From an uncultured Methanosarcinales archaeon (lineage in GTDB: Archaea; Nanobdellota; Nanobdellia; Woesearchaeales; CAZYIM01): a stretch of DNA of 64,000 bases. The translations under genes and the position numbers were made by a program. The DNA lies in contig CAZYIM010000002.1 of assembly GCA_964647565.1 (NCBI GenBank), positions 69,222 through 133,221 on the forward strand. The letters run 5' to 3'. Positions 9,250 through 18,182 of the stretch are shown here, piece by piece. Within the stretch, counting starts at the first letter, position 1, and each line of letters begins with the position of its first letter. A model generated the notes under the pieces. That model was not told the DNA's origin. It worked only from the letters and a program-made list of their open reading frames with translations, and did not search any database.

Positions 9250-9573
9250 ATGTTTTCTGATGAAGCATCACAAGCATATGATGCCTTGGTTAAACATGCA
9301 AAAAACTCCAAGAAAGCAAGGATGATCCTTGCAGCCCTTCTTAATAAGCTGGACTTGATATTGGAGAATCCTAGATATGGGAATCCGTTAGCCAAAAGGT
9401 TGATCCCCAAAGAATATAAGCTAAGGTATAAAGCTAAAAATTTATTTCGTGTTGAATTGCCCTGTTTCTGGAGGATGCTCTATTCCTTAACCAATGATGA
9501 GATCGAGATAATAGCTCTTGTGGTTGATGTTGTCGATCATAAGGATTACAACAAGAAATTCAGCTATGACTAA
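9250..9573 (+). CDS. RelE/ParE-like toxin; possibly N-terminally disrupted
   Basis: NP.YG..L...LIP.EY, NLFRVELP.FWRMLY, DHKDY motifs; in-frame ATG-CGA-TAG at 9229. Confidence 0.7.
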   Translation: MFSDEASQAYDALVKHAKNSKKARMILAALLNKLDLILENPRYGNPLAKRLIPKEYKLRYKAKNLFRVELPCFWRMLYSLTNDEIEIIALVVDVVDHKDYNKKFSYD

Positions 9574-9576
9574 CTA

Positions 9577-10041
9577 TTACTCAGTTCCTTTCTTGATATC
9601 TTTCATGGTGTCCCATTTTGCATATGTAAGGGACTGGTCCTGCTCACATTGGACCTCTATAGAATTAAGCAGCATCTCAGCCATTGGATTATCAGGCAGG
9701 CTTTTTTTGATGGCTTTTTTCAGTGCTGCACTAAACTTCTTGGCAGTTTTCTCCTTGATGAAATGGGCATTCATTGCCAGCGGCGCCTCTGTCATTATCT
9801 CAAAGAAGCCTTCTTTCTCAAAGATGAATCTCTCATAGCTCTTGGACTCAATGATATCCATGCCCATGTAGAAGATGCCTTCTTTGTACTGCTTCTCCAG
9901 ATGTGTTATGAACTTGACCAATTCCTGTTTGGCCCTGTCCTGCTCTGTGAGGTTGTCCTGCAGGCTTTCCTTTGCCTTCACAACAAAGGGCAGAAGTTCG
10001 CCGACATCCAGCAAAGGCACAAATACGTGTTTTGTTTTCAT
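9577..10041 (-). CDS. hypothetical protein
   Basis: 154-aa ORF. Confidence 0.65.
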   Translation of the reverse strand: MKTKHVFVPLLDVGELLPFVVKAKESLQDNLTEQDRAKQELVKFITHLEKQYKEGIFYMGMDIIESKSYERFIFEKEGFFEIMTEAPLAMNAHFIKEKTAKKFSAALKKAIKKSLPDNPMAEMLLNSIEVQCEQDQSLTYAKWDTMKDIKKGTE

Positions 10042-10124
10042 TTGATATTAAGTTTCTTATTATTCTTGCATTTAAATCTTTCGGAAAGCGAAGCTTTAGA
10101 AAAACTAAAGTTTTTCTTTTGTTT

Positions 10125-10904
10125 CTATTTCCAATGATGGACCAATAGGTCTATCTCTTTTTTTAACTGCGATGTGATCTTCCTGACAGCTGCTTTGTCC
10201 TTATGTTTACCCCAGAGTTTTTCAATATCCAAGGGATTTCCGAAACGTATATGTATTGTTCCAGGGTGTAATTTATTTTTTTTGGGTGTTATTACCTTAT
10301 CTGTTTGTGTAAAAGCGCCTGGAACCAGTGGGACTCCGGCTCCCAGGGCAATCCTGACTGCACCAGTCTTGAACTTGAGCAGGCCTTTGTGTCTTTCATG
10401 ATGTGCTTCAGGATATATGACTAGGGTTTCTCCTTTTTTTACCCGTTCAATACATGCCTCGACTACATATTTCCTGTCCATACCGACCTTGAAAGCCTTT
10501 TTGTCCTTTTCATCCCTGATTACCGGAAAATATCCCAGGTTGGAGACCCATGCCTGCAAAAAAGGATGTGGGATAGCATCAAAGGGTTCTGTAATCACAA
10601 AGAAATACCTGTCAAGTGTGGCGATCAGTGAAAGGGTATCGCTAAGGCTTCTATGATTCATTGCAATAACGCAAGGCCCTTTTGGCAGGAGTTCTTTATT
10701 CTGGGTTTTGACCTTGATAAAGCAAAAGGCAAAAGATATTGTTAGACATAGTTTGCCAAGCTTCTTCCAGATATAATGTTTATTTTTTGTTTTATAAAAC
10801 AGAGTTACAATATATCCGAGAAACAGAAACAGTCCAAGAATTAATCCTGTAATTATTTTTAGATATGAATTTTGCAGGTGTAATAGGAATTTTGAGTGTT
10901 TCAT
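10125..10904 (-). CDS. lysophospholipid acyltransferase (PlsC-like)
   Basis: NHRSLSD (NHx4D), YPEA (FPEG-like), FKTGA motifs; N-terminal TM helix. Confidence 0.88.
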   Translation of the reverse strand: MKHSKFLLHLQNSYLKIITGLILGLFLFLGYIVTLFYKTKNKHYIWKKLGKLCLTISFAFCFIKVKTQNKELLPKGPCVIAMNHRSLSDTLSLIATLDRYFFVITEPFDAIPHPFLQAWVSNLGYFPVIRDEKDKKAFKVGMDRKYVVEACIERVKKGETLVIYPEAHHERHKGLLKFKTGAVRIALGAGVPLVPGAFTQTDKVITPKKNKLHPGTIHIRFGNPLDIEKLWGKHKDKAAVRKITSQLKKEIDLLVHHWK

Positions 10905-12043
10905 TTTTTGAAAAACAGTTCAATCACATCTTTTTCAGATGGAGGGCATTCGTCCAAATGCTTATAGTGGTTTTTTTCTGCAAATTCCTTTGTGCAATGA
11001 CCGATGCAATAAACATTCTTAAGATATTCATCCGGGATGTTGGCTTTATTTACTTTTCCAATTATTATGGCTGTCTTCTTAAAAAAGTACCTATTCAGAA
11101 GCTTGGCAAGATAGATTGGATTTTTCATTGCACTCTTTTTAATGAATTCGACTGCCCTGCCGCAGCAATTGCAGGGTTTGCCTTTTTCCATATAGACAAA
11201 CAGCTTGCCAAAGTGGAAGCTTACTTCGCTCGAAGGCTCATAAGGCGTTTTGAATTTATTGATAAGTGCATGTTGGGTATAGAATTTGCCGGCACCTATG
11301 TCTTTTGCAAGTTTTAAGTGTTTTACAGTGCTTGGATCAATACCTATTAAAGCGCTGGTAATTGAGTCTGTTTCCACTATGTTGGTGCCTGCTATTAAGA
11401 TGTTGCTTTTTTTGCTCTTGCCCCAGTGCGGCCCTTTGCCTTCCATACCCACAATGCCGTCCACAATGCAGAGATCTGGCTTTAAAACTGTTGATAGATA
11501 GGCGATGTTCTTGTCCAGATCCTCTCTATGATACCTCATTCTCTCAGGCTCAGGTACTATGCCCATCTGGTTTTTTAGGCAGAGGGATACTTCTGTGACA
11601 AAATGGGTTTTTATCTTTGCAATGTTAATATAATGGTCAACACTATTCATCAGGTCCGGAATCTCCAGTGTCACACCCCTGATCTTTTTTTTGATTATCG
11701 GGCCTTTTTCAAGATCTACAATAGTAACATTTTCATATTTTTCAAAGCGTCTGTATCCTGAGTTCCTGATAATATCATCAAATGTATAAGATTTGTCAGA
11801 AGGACCAAGATTGTTGGTCTCTGCTATTATTATTTTGCAATTGAATCCTTTTAAGAAATTTATAATCGCTTCAATTATTAGTGGCTCGGTTATTTCAGAC
11901 TCATTTTTAGGTTTGATGGCGCATAGATTTGGCTTTAGTAAGACTGTAGAGTTTTTTTTCGGCTCCCAGCCTACAAAATTTATTAGTTCTGAGATCTTTT
12001 TCTTTATTTCCCTCTTTTTACAACTAACTACAGATATAGTCAT
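10901..12043 (-). CDS. DUF362 family Fe-S protein
   Basis: VLLKPN, INIAKIKTH, LKNQMG, IVDGIVGMEG.GP motifs; C-terminal CxCC, GHC and CPP. Confidence 0.88.
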   Translation of the reverse strand: MTISVVSCKKREIKKKISELINFVGWEPKKNSTVLLKPNLCAIKPKNESEITEPLIIEAIINFLKGFNCKIIIAETNNLGPSDKSYTFDDIIRNSGYRRFEKYENVTIVDLEKGPIIKKKIRGVTLEIPDLMNSVDHYINIAKIKTHFVTEVSLCLKNQMGIVPEPERMRYHREDLDKNIAYLSTVLKPDLCIVDGIVGMEGKGPHWGKSKKSNILIAGTNIVETDSITSALIGIDPSTVKHLKLAKDIGAGKFYTQHALINKFKTPYEPSSEVSFHFGKLFVYMEKGKPCNCCGRAVEFIKKSAMKNPIYLAKLLNRYFFKKTAIIIGKVNKANIPDEYLKNVYCIGHCTKEFAEKNHYKHLDECPPSEKDVIELFFKK

Positions 12044-12169
12044 CGTTTAGAGCTAATCCTTTTTTTGAGTATATAAATAGTTTTCTGTTTGATTGGAAAA
12101 ACATACAATTATTGAAAAAGTATTTATATCAATGCTTTTTATCACATTTAAAAGGTAACAGGATTTAAA

Positions 12170-14191
12170 ATGAGTGTAAATCAGGAAGTAAAGGATGTAA
12201 AATCTATCAATATAAAGAATTTTATAACTGCTCTTGAACATATGCATCCTGACATCTCTTCAGTTGTGGATCCTGTTTATGCGCTTTACACAAAAGAGTA
12301 TATTGACGATCCAAATACCTGGACTGGAACTCAGCCAGTATTAGACCTGTTTACCAGGTATAAAGAGTTTGTGAATGTCAAGCATCCTAGTGTGATATTT
12401 GATGTTGGCATTAAGACCTCTAAATTAAGGGCTATTGGTAAGCTGGAAAACTTAGTTCGATTTGTGGGCCGACCGAGAGTGGCTTTCTCTCAGATCCCCA
12501 ATTATAACAAGCACTTTAACAACATCTTTGATATGGAAGTACATAACCTGACTGGCAGTTCTGCAACTTTAATTGTAAACTATATTCCCAGAAAAGAAAA
12601 TATCTGGACTTATGAACAATGCTGGTGGAACAGGGGCATCATTGCCTCGATTCCGCAACTTTGGAATCTTCCCAATGCAGAGTATAAGGAAGTATTATGT
12701 TTCTATACCCCTGAGAAGATTGCACAGAGCACAGGCCTCAATATCCATACTCAAGGGACTGACCTATTTATTGATGATAAAAAGATCGGAGAAAAGGTAC
12801 TGCTTAAGAAGGATATGGTCACTACCAAACACCTTCCTTTTCGATTGACTAAAAAATCAGACAGGCCAAAGTTATTTGGTAGTGAATATGAGATGTTTGA
12901 TGCATCAGTCCACACCAATGAGCCTTCTGGCTATTTGATTACTGAGGATGTGGAACTTGAAGACAAATTATTGCTTGAAAAGGGTGTGATCATTGGAGCA
13001 CCTTATTGCCGATATGAATTCACCTGGAAAAACAAGAACTTCTTCAAGAACCTTTATGATTTGACCATAGGAAAATTTAAAGAATTAAAAAAGACCAGTT
13101 TTGCACTTGAAGAGCAATTGAATTATTCTCAGCAGCAATTCTTCCAGATTGAGAACTTGCTTAACAAGGAGAAGGAATTGACAGCCGAACTGACTGAGCA
13201 TAAAGAACATTTGGAGGAGATGGTTGAAAAACGCACCGATCAGTATAAGTCTGAGAAAGAGCGTGCCGAAAATGCACTCGATGAGTTGAAGGCGGCTCAA
13301 GATCAGATCATCAAAGCAGAGGTTTCTGCGGCTGAGAAGGCAGAACAGTTAAGGACTTCAGAGATCCTATCAGGAGGTATTGCACATGAGTTGGGTAATG
13401 CCCTTACCGGCGCAAATCAATTGTTGGATCATGTCTTGAACTATAAAGGAGATAAATCCATGGTCCAGGTCATCTATGACCAGATATCTCAATTCGCTAG
13501 TGTAATCAAGAAACTGACTAAGGACTATAATGTTCCAAATGAGGTTATATCTTCAGAGATCATTCCTGGATTGATGGAGATAGTAAATATTATTGATCCT
13601 TCCCAAAACAATAAGAAGAACAAGAAACCTTTGGAGAAAGTTCTTGAGACAGTCAAAATGGGTGTTGAAAGGTCTTTAAGGATAAAAGAGCAGTTCAAGG
13701 ATTATTCATTATTGCAAAGACAGGTCAAAGGCACTACGCCTGTTAATATGCGGGACTTGTTGAATTCTGTAATTGACAGTTGTTCACCACAATTAGAACA
13801 ATATGACATAACATATCTTGTTCATGCCATTGAGGAAAATTATACTATGATCGGTGATCGTGACCAACTTTATTCAGTGCTCTCAAACCCGGTCTTGAAT
13901 TCAATCTATGCTGTAAGAGACACAGAAACAAGAAAGATTGACCTAACTCTAGAATCTGAAAAATTTAATGGTGACACATTCTTGAAATATATTGTAGAAG
14001 ATACTGGCTGTGGTATCCCTCAAGATAAGCAAAAAAGGATTTTCGATCCATTGTTTTCAACCAAGGGTGTTGAGGGTACTGGTCTGGGCCTGAGCATTGT
14101 CAAGAGGATTGTTGATCTTTACGATGGTGTGATAGAGTTCGATTCAAAAGAAGATGAAGGCAGCAAGTTCACTTTCTACCTAAAACAATAA
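12170..14191 (+). CDS. soluble sensor histidine kinase with N-terminal V4R/H-NOX-like domain and coiled coil
   Basis: H-box GIAHELGN; N-box NPVLNS; DTGCGIP and FSTK..GTGLGL; no TM helix. Confidence 0.9.
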   Translation: MSVNQEVKDVKSINIKNFITALEHMHPDISSVVDPVYALYTKEYIDDPNTWTGTQPVLDLFTRYKEFVNVKHPSVIFDVGIKTSKLRAIGKLENLVRFVGRPRVAFSQIPNYNKHFNNIFDMEVHNLTGSSATLIVNYIPRKENIWTYEQCWWNRGIIASIPQLWNLPNAEYKEVLCFYTPEKIAQSTGLNIHTQGTDLFIDDKKIGEKVLLKKDMVTTKHLPFRLTKKSDRPKLFGSEYEMFDASVHTNEPSGYLITEDVELEDKLLLEKGVIIGAPYCRYEFTWKNKNFFKNLYDLTIGKFKELKKTSFALEEQLNYSQQQFFQIENLLNKEKELTAELTEHKEHLEEMVEKRTDQYKSEKERAENALDELKAAQDQIIKAEVSAAEKAEQLRTSEILSGGIAHELGNALTGANQLLDHVLNYKGDKSMVQVIYDQISQFASVIKKLTKDYNVPNEVISSEIIPGLMEIVNIIDPSQNNKKNKKPLEKVLETVKMGVERSLRIKEQFKDYSLLQRQVKGTTPVNMRDLLNSVIDSCSPQLEQYDITYLVHAIEENYTMIGDRDQLYSVLSNPVLNSIYAVRDTETRKIDLTLESEKFNGDTFLKYIVEDTGCGIPQDKQKRIFDPLFSTKGVEGTGLGLSIVKRIVDLYDGVIEFDSKEDEGSKFTFYLKQ

Positions 14192-15583
14192 CTATTTTTG
14201 GTTGTAGACTGGATCTGAGAATTCCCTGACAATATAGATGCCTTGGTGCGGTATTAGAAGGTCGAAGTCGTGTGTCGGTATGTTGCTTTTCACGATATAG
14301 GTTTTCAATAATGGCCGGACCTCTTCTATCTTCTTATTTGATTTTGAGATTACAGATGTGACCAGGTTCTTCTGCATCTGGTTGTCTTTTAGATCCCTGT
14401 CGATCAAGGATTCAAGTTCATCTAAGTCTGAGTATGATCTTACACCAACTATTGGCCCGGGATATTCCATTGTTGTGTCATATTTGTTCAAAGGAATTAT
14501 GGAGGTATGCAGCAGCTCTCTTTCACCTTCGACACTTAGATTAAGATATCCGCTCTTGCCTCTCTTGACCAGCTCGCCTTTGATGAAATCAATGTTTCCA
14601 GAATCCACTAATCCGATTTTGGACTCATCAAAAGGATCGCCTGATCGATATTTTAATGCTTCCTTATTCAATCTGTCCAAAAGCTTATCATATTTCTCTT
14701 CATGCGCATATATTATATCAGTTGATTCACATTCATTTCCTGCGTTGACAGTTATTGACTCCATCAACAATTTCATATTCATCTCATCAACATCTGCATC
14801 ATCAAGAAGAACACTAATGCTCAAACCAGTACCATAACCAATTACCCTTCTTGGAGTACAGTTTTCCCTTATCTCTGCCTCTACTTTTTTCACAGTATTG
14901 TCATCTCCAAAGAAGATGTAGTTCCAACCATCAACGCATAATTTTTCTAGAAAACCACTATCTGCAGGAGTATTTATGACTGAAACTGCATTCTTTAATG
15001 GATATAATTCTTTTTGATTCAGCTTGTCTATAGTCTTGTTGAGAGCTAGGACAAATTCATTAGAGTTATATGCGCCTGCCCCTTTGCTTGAGGGTCTTAG
15101 TATTGTGGCGTTCCTTGACAATAGGTTTTGAGCAACAACATAAAGCATGACTTGTTCTGAGTTGCTGGGCAGAATTGTTACAATTGGTGCAGTGTTTCGA
15201 TAAGTGATATTACCTTTTTCTAAAGCTCTGCCCAAAAATCCCTCCGCGCAAAAACACCAATTTTTTACAAAATCCATGCCCTCCCTAACAAAATTAATTG
15301 GGCTTCCATTTAGTTTTACAATAGTTTCATATTTAGTTTTATTATGGAAATAATTATGCATGGTGTCTTCCAATAATCTACGTACATTTGCCATAGGTAT
15401 CTTTCCTAACTCTCTTTGGACTTTGTTAGCATTCTTAATTGCAGACATCAGTTCATAGTCATTGACATCATGTACTTCGAGCATTGGATTGCCATTGTAA
15501 TCATTGAGAATTCTCCTTAACGCTTTAGGAGACTTCCTGAATTCTCCGTTGACATAGCTTGGGATTTGTTTGAGTCGTATCAT
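14192..15583 (-). CDS. ALDH-superfamily acyl reductase (GriD/LuxC-like)
   Basis: ILPSN, ILRPSS, catalytic NAGNEC, EYPGP motifs; GYGTG replaces the LELGG glutamate motif. Confidence 0.8.
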   Translation of the reverse strand: MIRLKQIPSYVNGEFRKSPKALRRILNDYNGNPMLEVHDVNDYELMSAIKNANKVQRELGKIPMANVRRLLEDTMHNYFHNKTKYETIVKLNGSPINFVREGMDFVKNWCFCAEGFLGRALEKGNITYRNTAPIVTILPSNSEQVMLYVVAQNLLSRNATILRPSSKGAGAYNSNEFVLALNKTIDKLNQKELYPLKNAVSVINTPADSGFLEKLCVDGWNYIFFGDDNTVKKVEAEIRENCTPRRVIGYGTGLSISVLLDDADVDEMNMKLLMESITVNAGNECESTDIIYAHEEKYDKLLDRLNKEALKYRSGDPFDESKIGLVDSGNIDFIKGELVKRGKSGYLNLSVEGERELLHTSIIPLNKYDTTMEYPGPIVGVRSYSDLDELESLIDRDLKDNQMQKNLVTSVISKSNKKIEEVRPLLKTYIVKSNIPTHDFDLLIPHQGIYIVREFSDPVYNQK

Positions 15584-15584
15584 C

Positions 15585-16811
15585 TTAGTTTATCTGGCAG
15601 CCGTGCAGGGCTTTGCCTTTGTGAAATCCTAATCGCTTGATATCATATAATATAGGTGTATTTCTGCCGCATTTACATTCAAGGCCATTCTTGCTAAGCT
15701 TTGCACCATCTCCAGTCATGTAGTTGATGAAGTACATTCCTGAGGGCACCACATTGTTGCCTTTTTTGTCTGTTCCTGCAATCTTTGAAGTTAGAGTATA
15801 ACCTGATTCATTGGGTTTGGCTAATCCTGGTTTTTCCAGGCTCTTAATCAGCACGAGCGATTGGCCCAGGGTCAGATGGAAATTCCTCATCTTCGCAGAA
15901 CATGTTGCTGCTGTAGGACAAACTTCTGTACTTCCGAAATGGCCTTTGATATAAGGGACCTGCAGATCATCTTTAAGATAATCCAGCAATCCTTCTGAGA
16001 TTGGCATGCTTGACCAGTAAGCGAACTTAAAATCTGGATTATGTTTGTGGCTTAAATCCCATTCGGGATTTCTGTTTTTGGCATCAAGCTCTAAGATGTC
16101 AACAAGGAAGGAACCTTTTTGACGATATTCTCCTTCGGGGGGTGCCAATATTCCATTTACTTTGAATGTTTGAGACATATCATATAGATCTACAATATCT
16201 GCTGTTGCAGAGGGTCTTCCAAAAATCTGGCCTCCCAGTCTATGAAACATGTTGCCGTAAATGTGATTAGTTATATGGTCTCCGTGATATGCTCCAAGAA
16301 TTCTCATTCCCACCATCGGAGTCTTCCTTGCTTCAATGCCTTCGAATTTGAACTTGCCTTTCTTGAATTCGATATCAGGTGTTTTGGGATCCATATAGAA
16401 GTCAAACTCTATATGCCTGTTGGCAGTTATTGACATTCCCCGCCAGTCTTCCATGGAGTGGAATATCTTGATTGGCTTTCCAGTACTGCCACCTGTGCCA
16501 AAAGACCAGAATTCGCCATGGTTTGGATCTATCTCTCTTTTTACCTCTGGCACAAATGCAAACTGGCTGTTCTTTGACAAGTGTTCCTTAGTCAGATATG
16601 GGATCATGTCCGCGAACTCGTCCATTGAGGATATCTTCTGGATATCTGCTTGGGATAGGTGCTTGTAATGCTCCTTGAAGAAAGGCACATTTTCCTTAGC
16701 AAAGAGCACTGTTGGGATTACTTGTTCATTTAGAATTACTTTATCTCTATCTTCTGGTTTGGCAGTATCCCACCAAAAATCACTGAACTTGGGCGAGTTT
16801 AGTTTTTCCAT
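15585..16811 (-). CDS. adenylate-forming ligase, PaaK-like (GriC/EhpF-like)
   Basis: VPFFKEHY, GTGGSTGKP, FGSTE, NYMTGD, CKCGR motifs. Confidence 0.85.
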   Translation of the reverse strand: MEKLNSPKFSDFWWDTAKPEDRDKVILNEQVIPTVLFAKENVPFFKEHYKHLSQADIQKISSMDEFADMIPYLTKEHLSKNSQFAFVPEVKREIDPNHGEFWSFGTGGSTGKPIKIFHSMEDWRGMSITANRHIEFDFYMDPKTPDIEFKKGKFKFEGIEARKTPMVGMRILGAYHGDHITNHIYGNMFHRLGGQIFGRPSATADIVDLYDMSQTFKVNGILAPPEGEYRQKGSFLVDILELDAKNRNPEWDLSHKHNPDFKFAYWSSMPISEGLLDYLKDDLQVPYIKGHFGSTEVCPTAATCSAKMRNFHLTLGQSLVLIKSLEKPGLAKPNESGYTLTSKIAGTDKKGNNVVPSGMYFINYMTGDGAKLSKNGLECKCGRNTPILYDIKRLGFHKGKALHGCQIN

Positions 16812-16812
16812 C

Positions 16813-18090
16813 TTATTTCTTGGTGATATTTATCCTTTGAGATAGTTTATAATCCAGATAATGCGGATGCGGATCCTTTGATACTATCTCTCTGTATTCA
16901 GGCTGTCGTTTTAAGAATGAAAAAACTTTATCAGGATGAGTCACTGAATATTCAATAGTATCCCCGAATTGATCCAAGACTTCAGATAATTCCTCTTGTG
17001 TCAATGAAGCTTGGATAGTATTGACCAGGTCTTGTCTAACATGCTTGTTGGTTGCCAATAGTCTTTGGCTTAAGTAGTTGTCATCAATATCTTCTCTTCT
17101 GTAATCAGATATATACATGGAGCCGCCAGGTTTCAGACAGTCAAGACCAGATTTAAAGAATGCTTTCAATGTTGCATCTTTAAAATGATGCATAGAGTTT
17201 TGGCAGACCACGAGATCTGCATCTTTTAAGGTTTCCAGTGATTGCCCAAGATTTAAAAGATCGCATATTTCAAAGCTTAAACTTTTTTCTGAGTGTTTAT
17301 TCTTTGCAAAATCTATCATATAATTTGATCCGTCAACACCTATGACACTAGAGGATTGATATTTTGCTAAATTCAATGAAAGGTCTCCTGGGCCTGAACA
17401 GAAATCCAATATTTTTTTACCTTTCAATCCAAAAAGATTATTTATTTCCATTGCAAAAAGGATATAGTCTGAGTTTTCTGGATAGCTGCAGCCATAGGCA
17501 TATCGTACAGCCTCTCCCAGGTCTGCGATGGAGTGATCTTCTAACACTCGTTTAATGTCATCATCTATATCGAATTGCATGGAAAAATCAAGTAGATTGT
17601 TTTTTTCATTCGGATCAGACACATATTCAAAGAACCGTTTTCGTCTTAGTTCAATGAACTTGTCATATGCACGCTTGACTTCTTTTTTTAAGATTGCATC
17701 ATCGCCTTTTTCTACAAACGAGAACAGTCCGTGTTCAGATGTAAGGATCTCCTTGGTCTTATAGTCTGCAGGATGTGCAGTGTATAGGATCTTTATAGAA
17801 TTAGGGCTTTTTTTCTGGAGCTCTTTGGTCAGCTGGATTCCATCCATACCAGGCATCCTGACATCGATGATGATTACACCTTTGTTATCATCAAGCTTTT
17901 TTAAGGCCTCTTCTCCGCTGATGGCATATTCAATCTTGTATTCTGGTAATATGACGCCTATACTGTCTCTTATGATCTGGTCATCGTCAACCACTAATAT
18001 CTCTGGCTCTTCATTGATATCATGAATTTCCTTTTTTTCAACTTCTTCTGCATCGGACAGCAATTCAGCTAAATCTTTATTCATTTTCAA
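16813..18090 (-). CDS. receiver (REC) domain fused to class I SAM methyltransferase
   Basis: ILVVDDD, IDVRMPGMDG, YTA, EKG receiver motifs; ILDFCSGPG, GVDGS, SMHHF, LKPGG methyltransferase motifs. Confidence 0.88.
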   Translation of the reverse strand: MKMNKDLAELLSDAEEVEKKEIHDINEEPEILVVDDDQIIRDSIGVILPEYKIEYAISGEEALKKLDDNKGVIIIDVRMPGMDGIQLTKELQKKSPNSIKILYTAHPADYKTKEILTSEHGLFSFVEKGDDAILKKEVKRAYDKFIELRRKRFFEYVSDPNEKNNLLDFSMQFDIDDDIKRVLEDHSIADLGEAVRYAYGCSYPENSDYILFAMEINNLFGLKGKKILDFCSGPGDLSLNLAKYQSSSVIGVDGSNYMIDFAKNKHSEKSLSFEICDLLNLGQSLETLKDADLVVCQNSMHHFKDATLKAFFKSGLDCLKPGGSMYISDYRREDIDDNYLSQRLLATNKHVRQDLVNTIQASLTQEELSEVLDQFGDTIEYSVTHPDKVFSFLKRQPEYREIVSKDPHPHYLDYKLSQRINITKK

Positions 18091-18182
18091 CCACCTTTGC
18101 CATTAAATATTGTACTTAGATAAACCGGATTAGTTTATAAACATTTCTATAGATAGTCACTTGAGAGTGGTTTTTAATAGAA

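Noticed and set aside
14192..16811. Bioluminescence (lux) operon
   Set aside because: No luciferase or LuxD; motifs fit GriC/GriD-type proteins better
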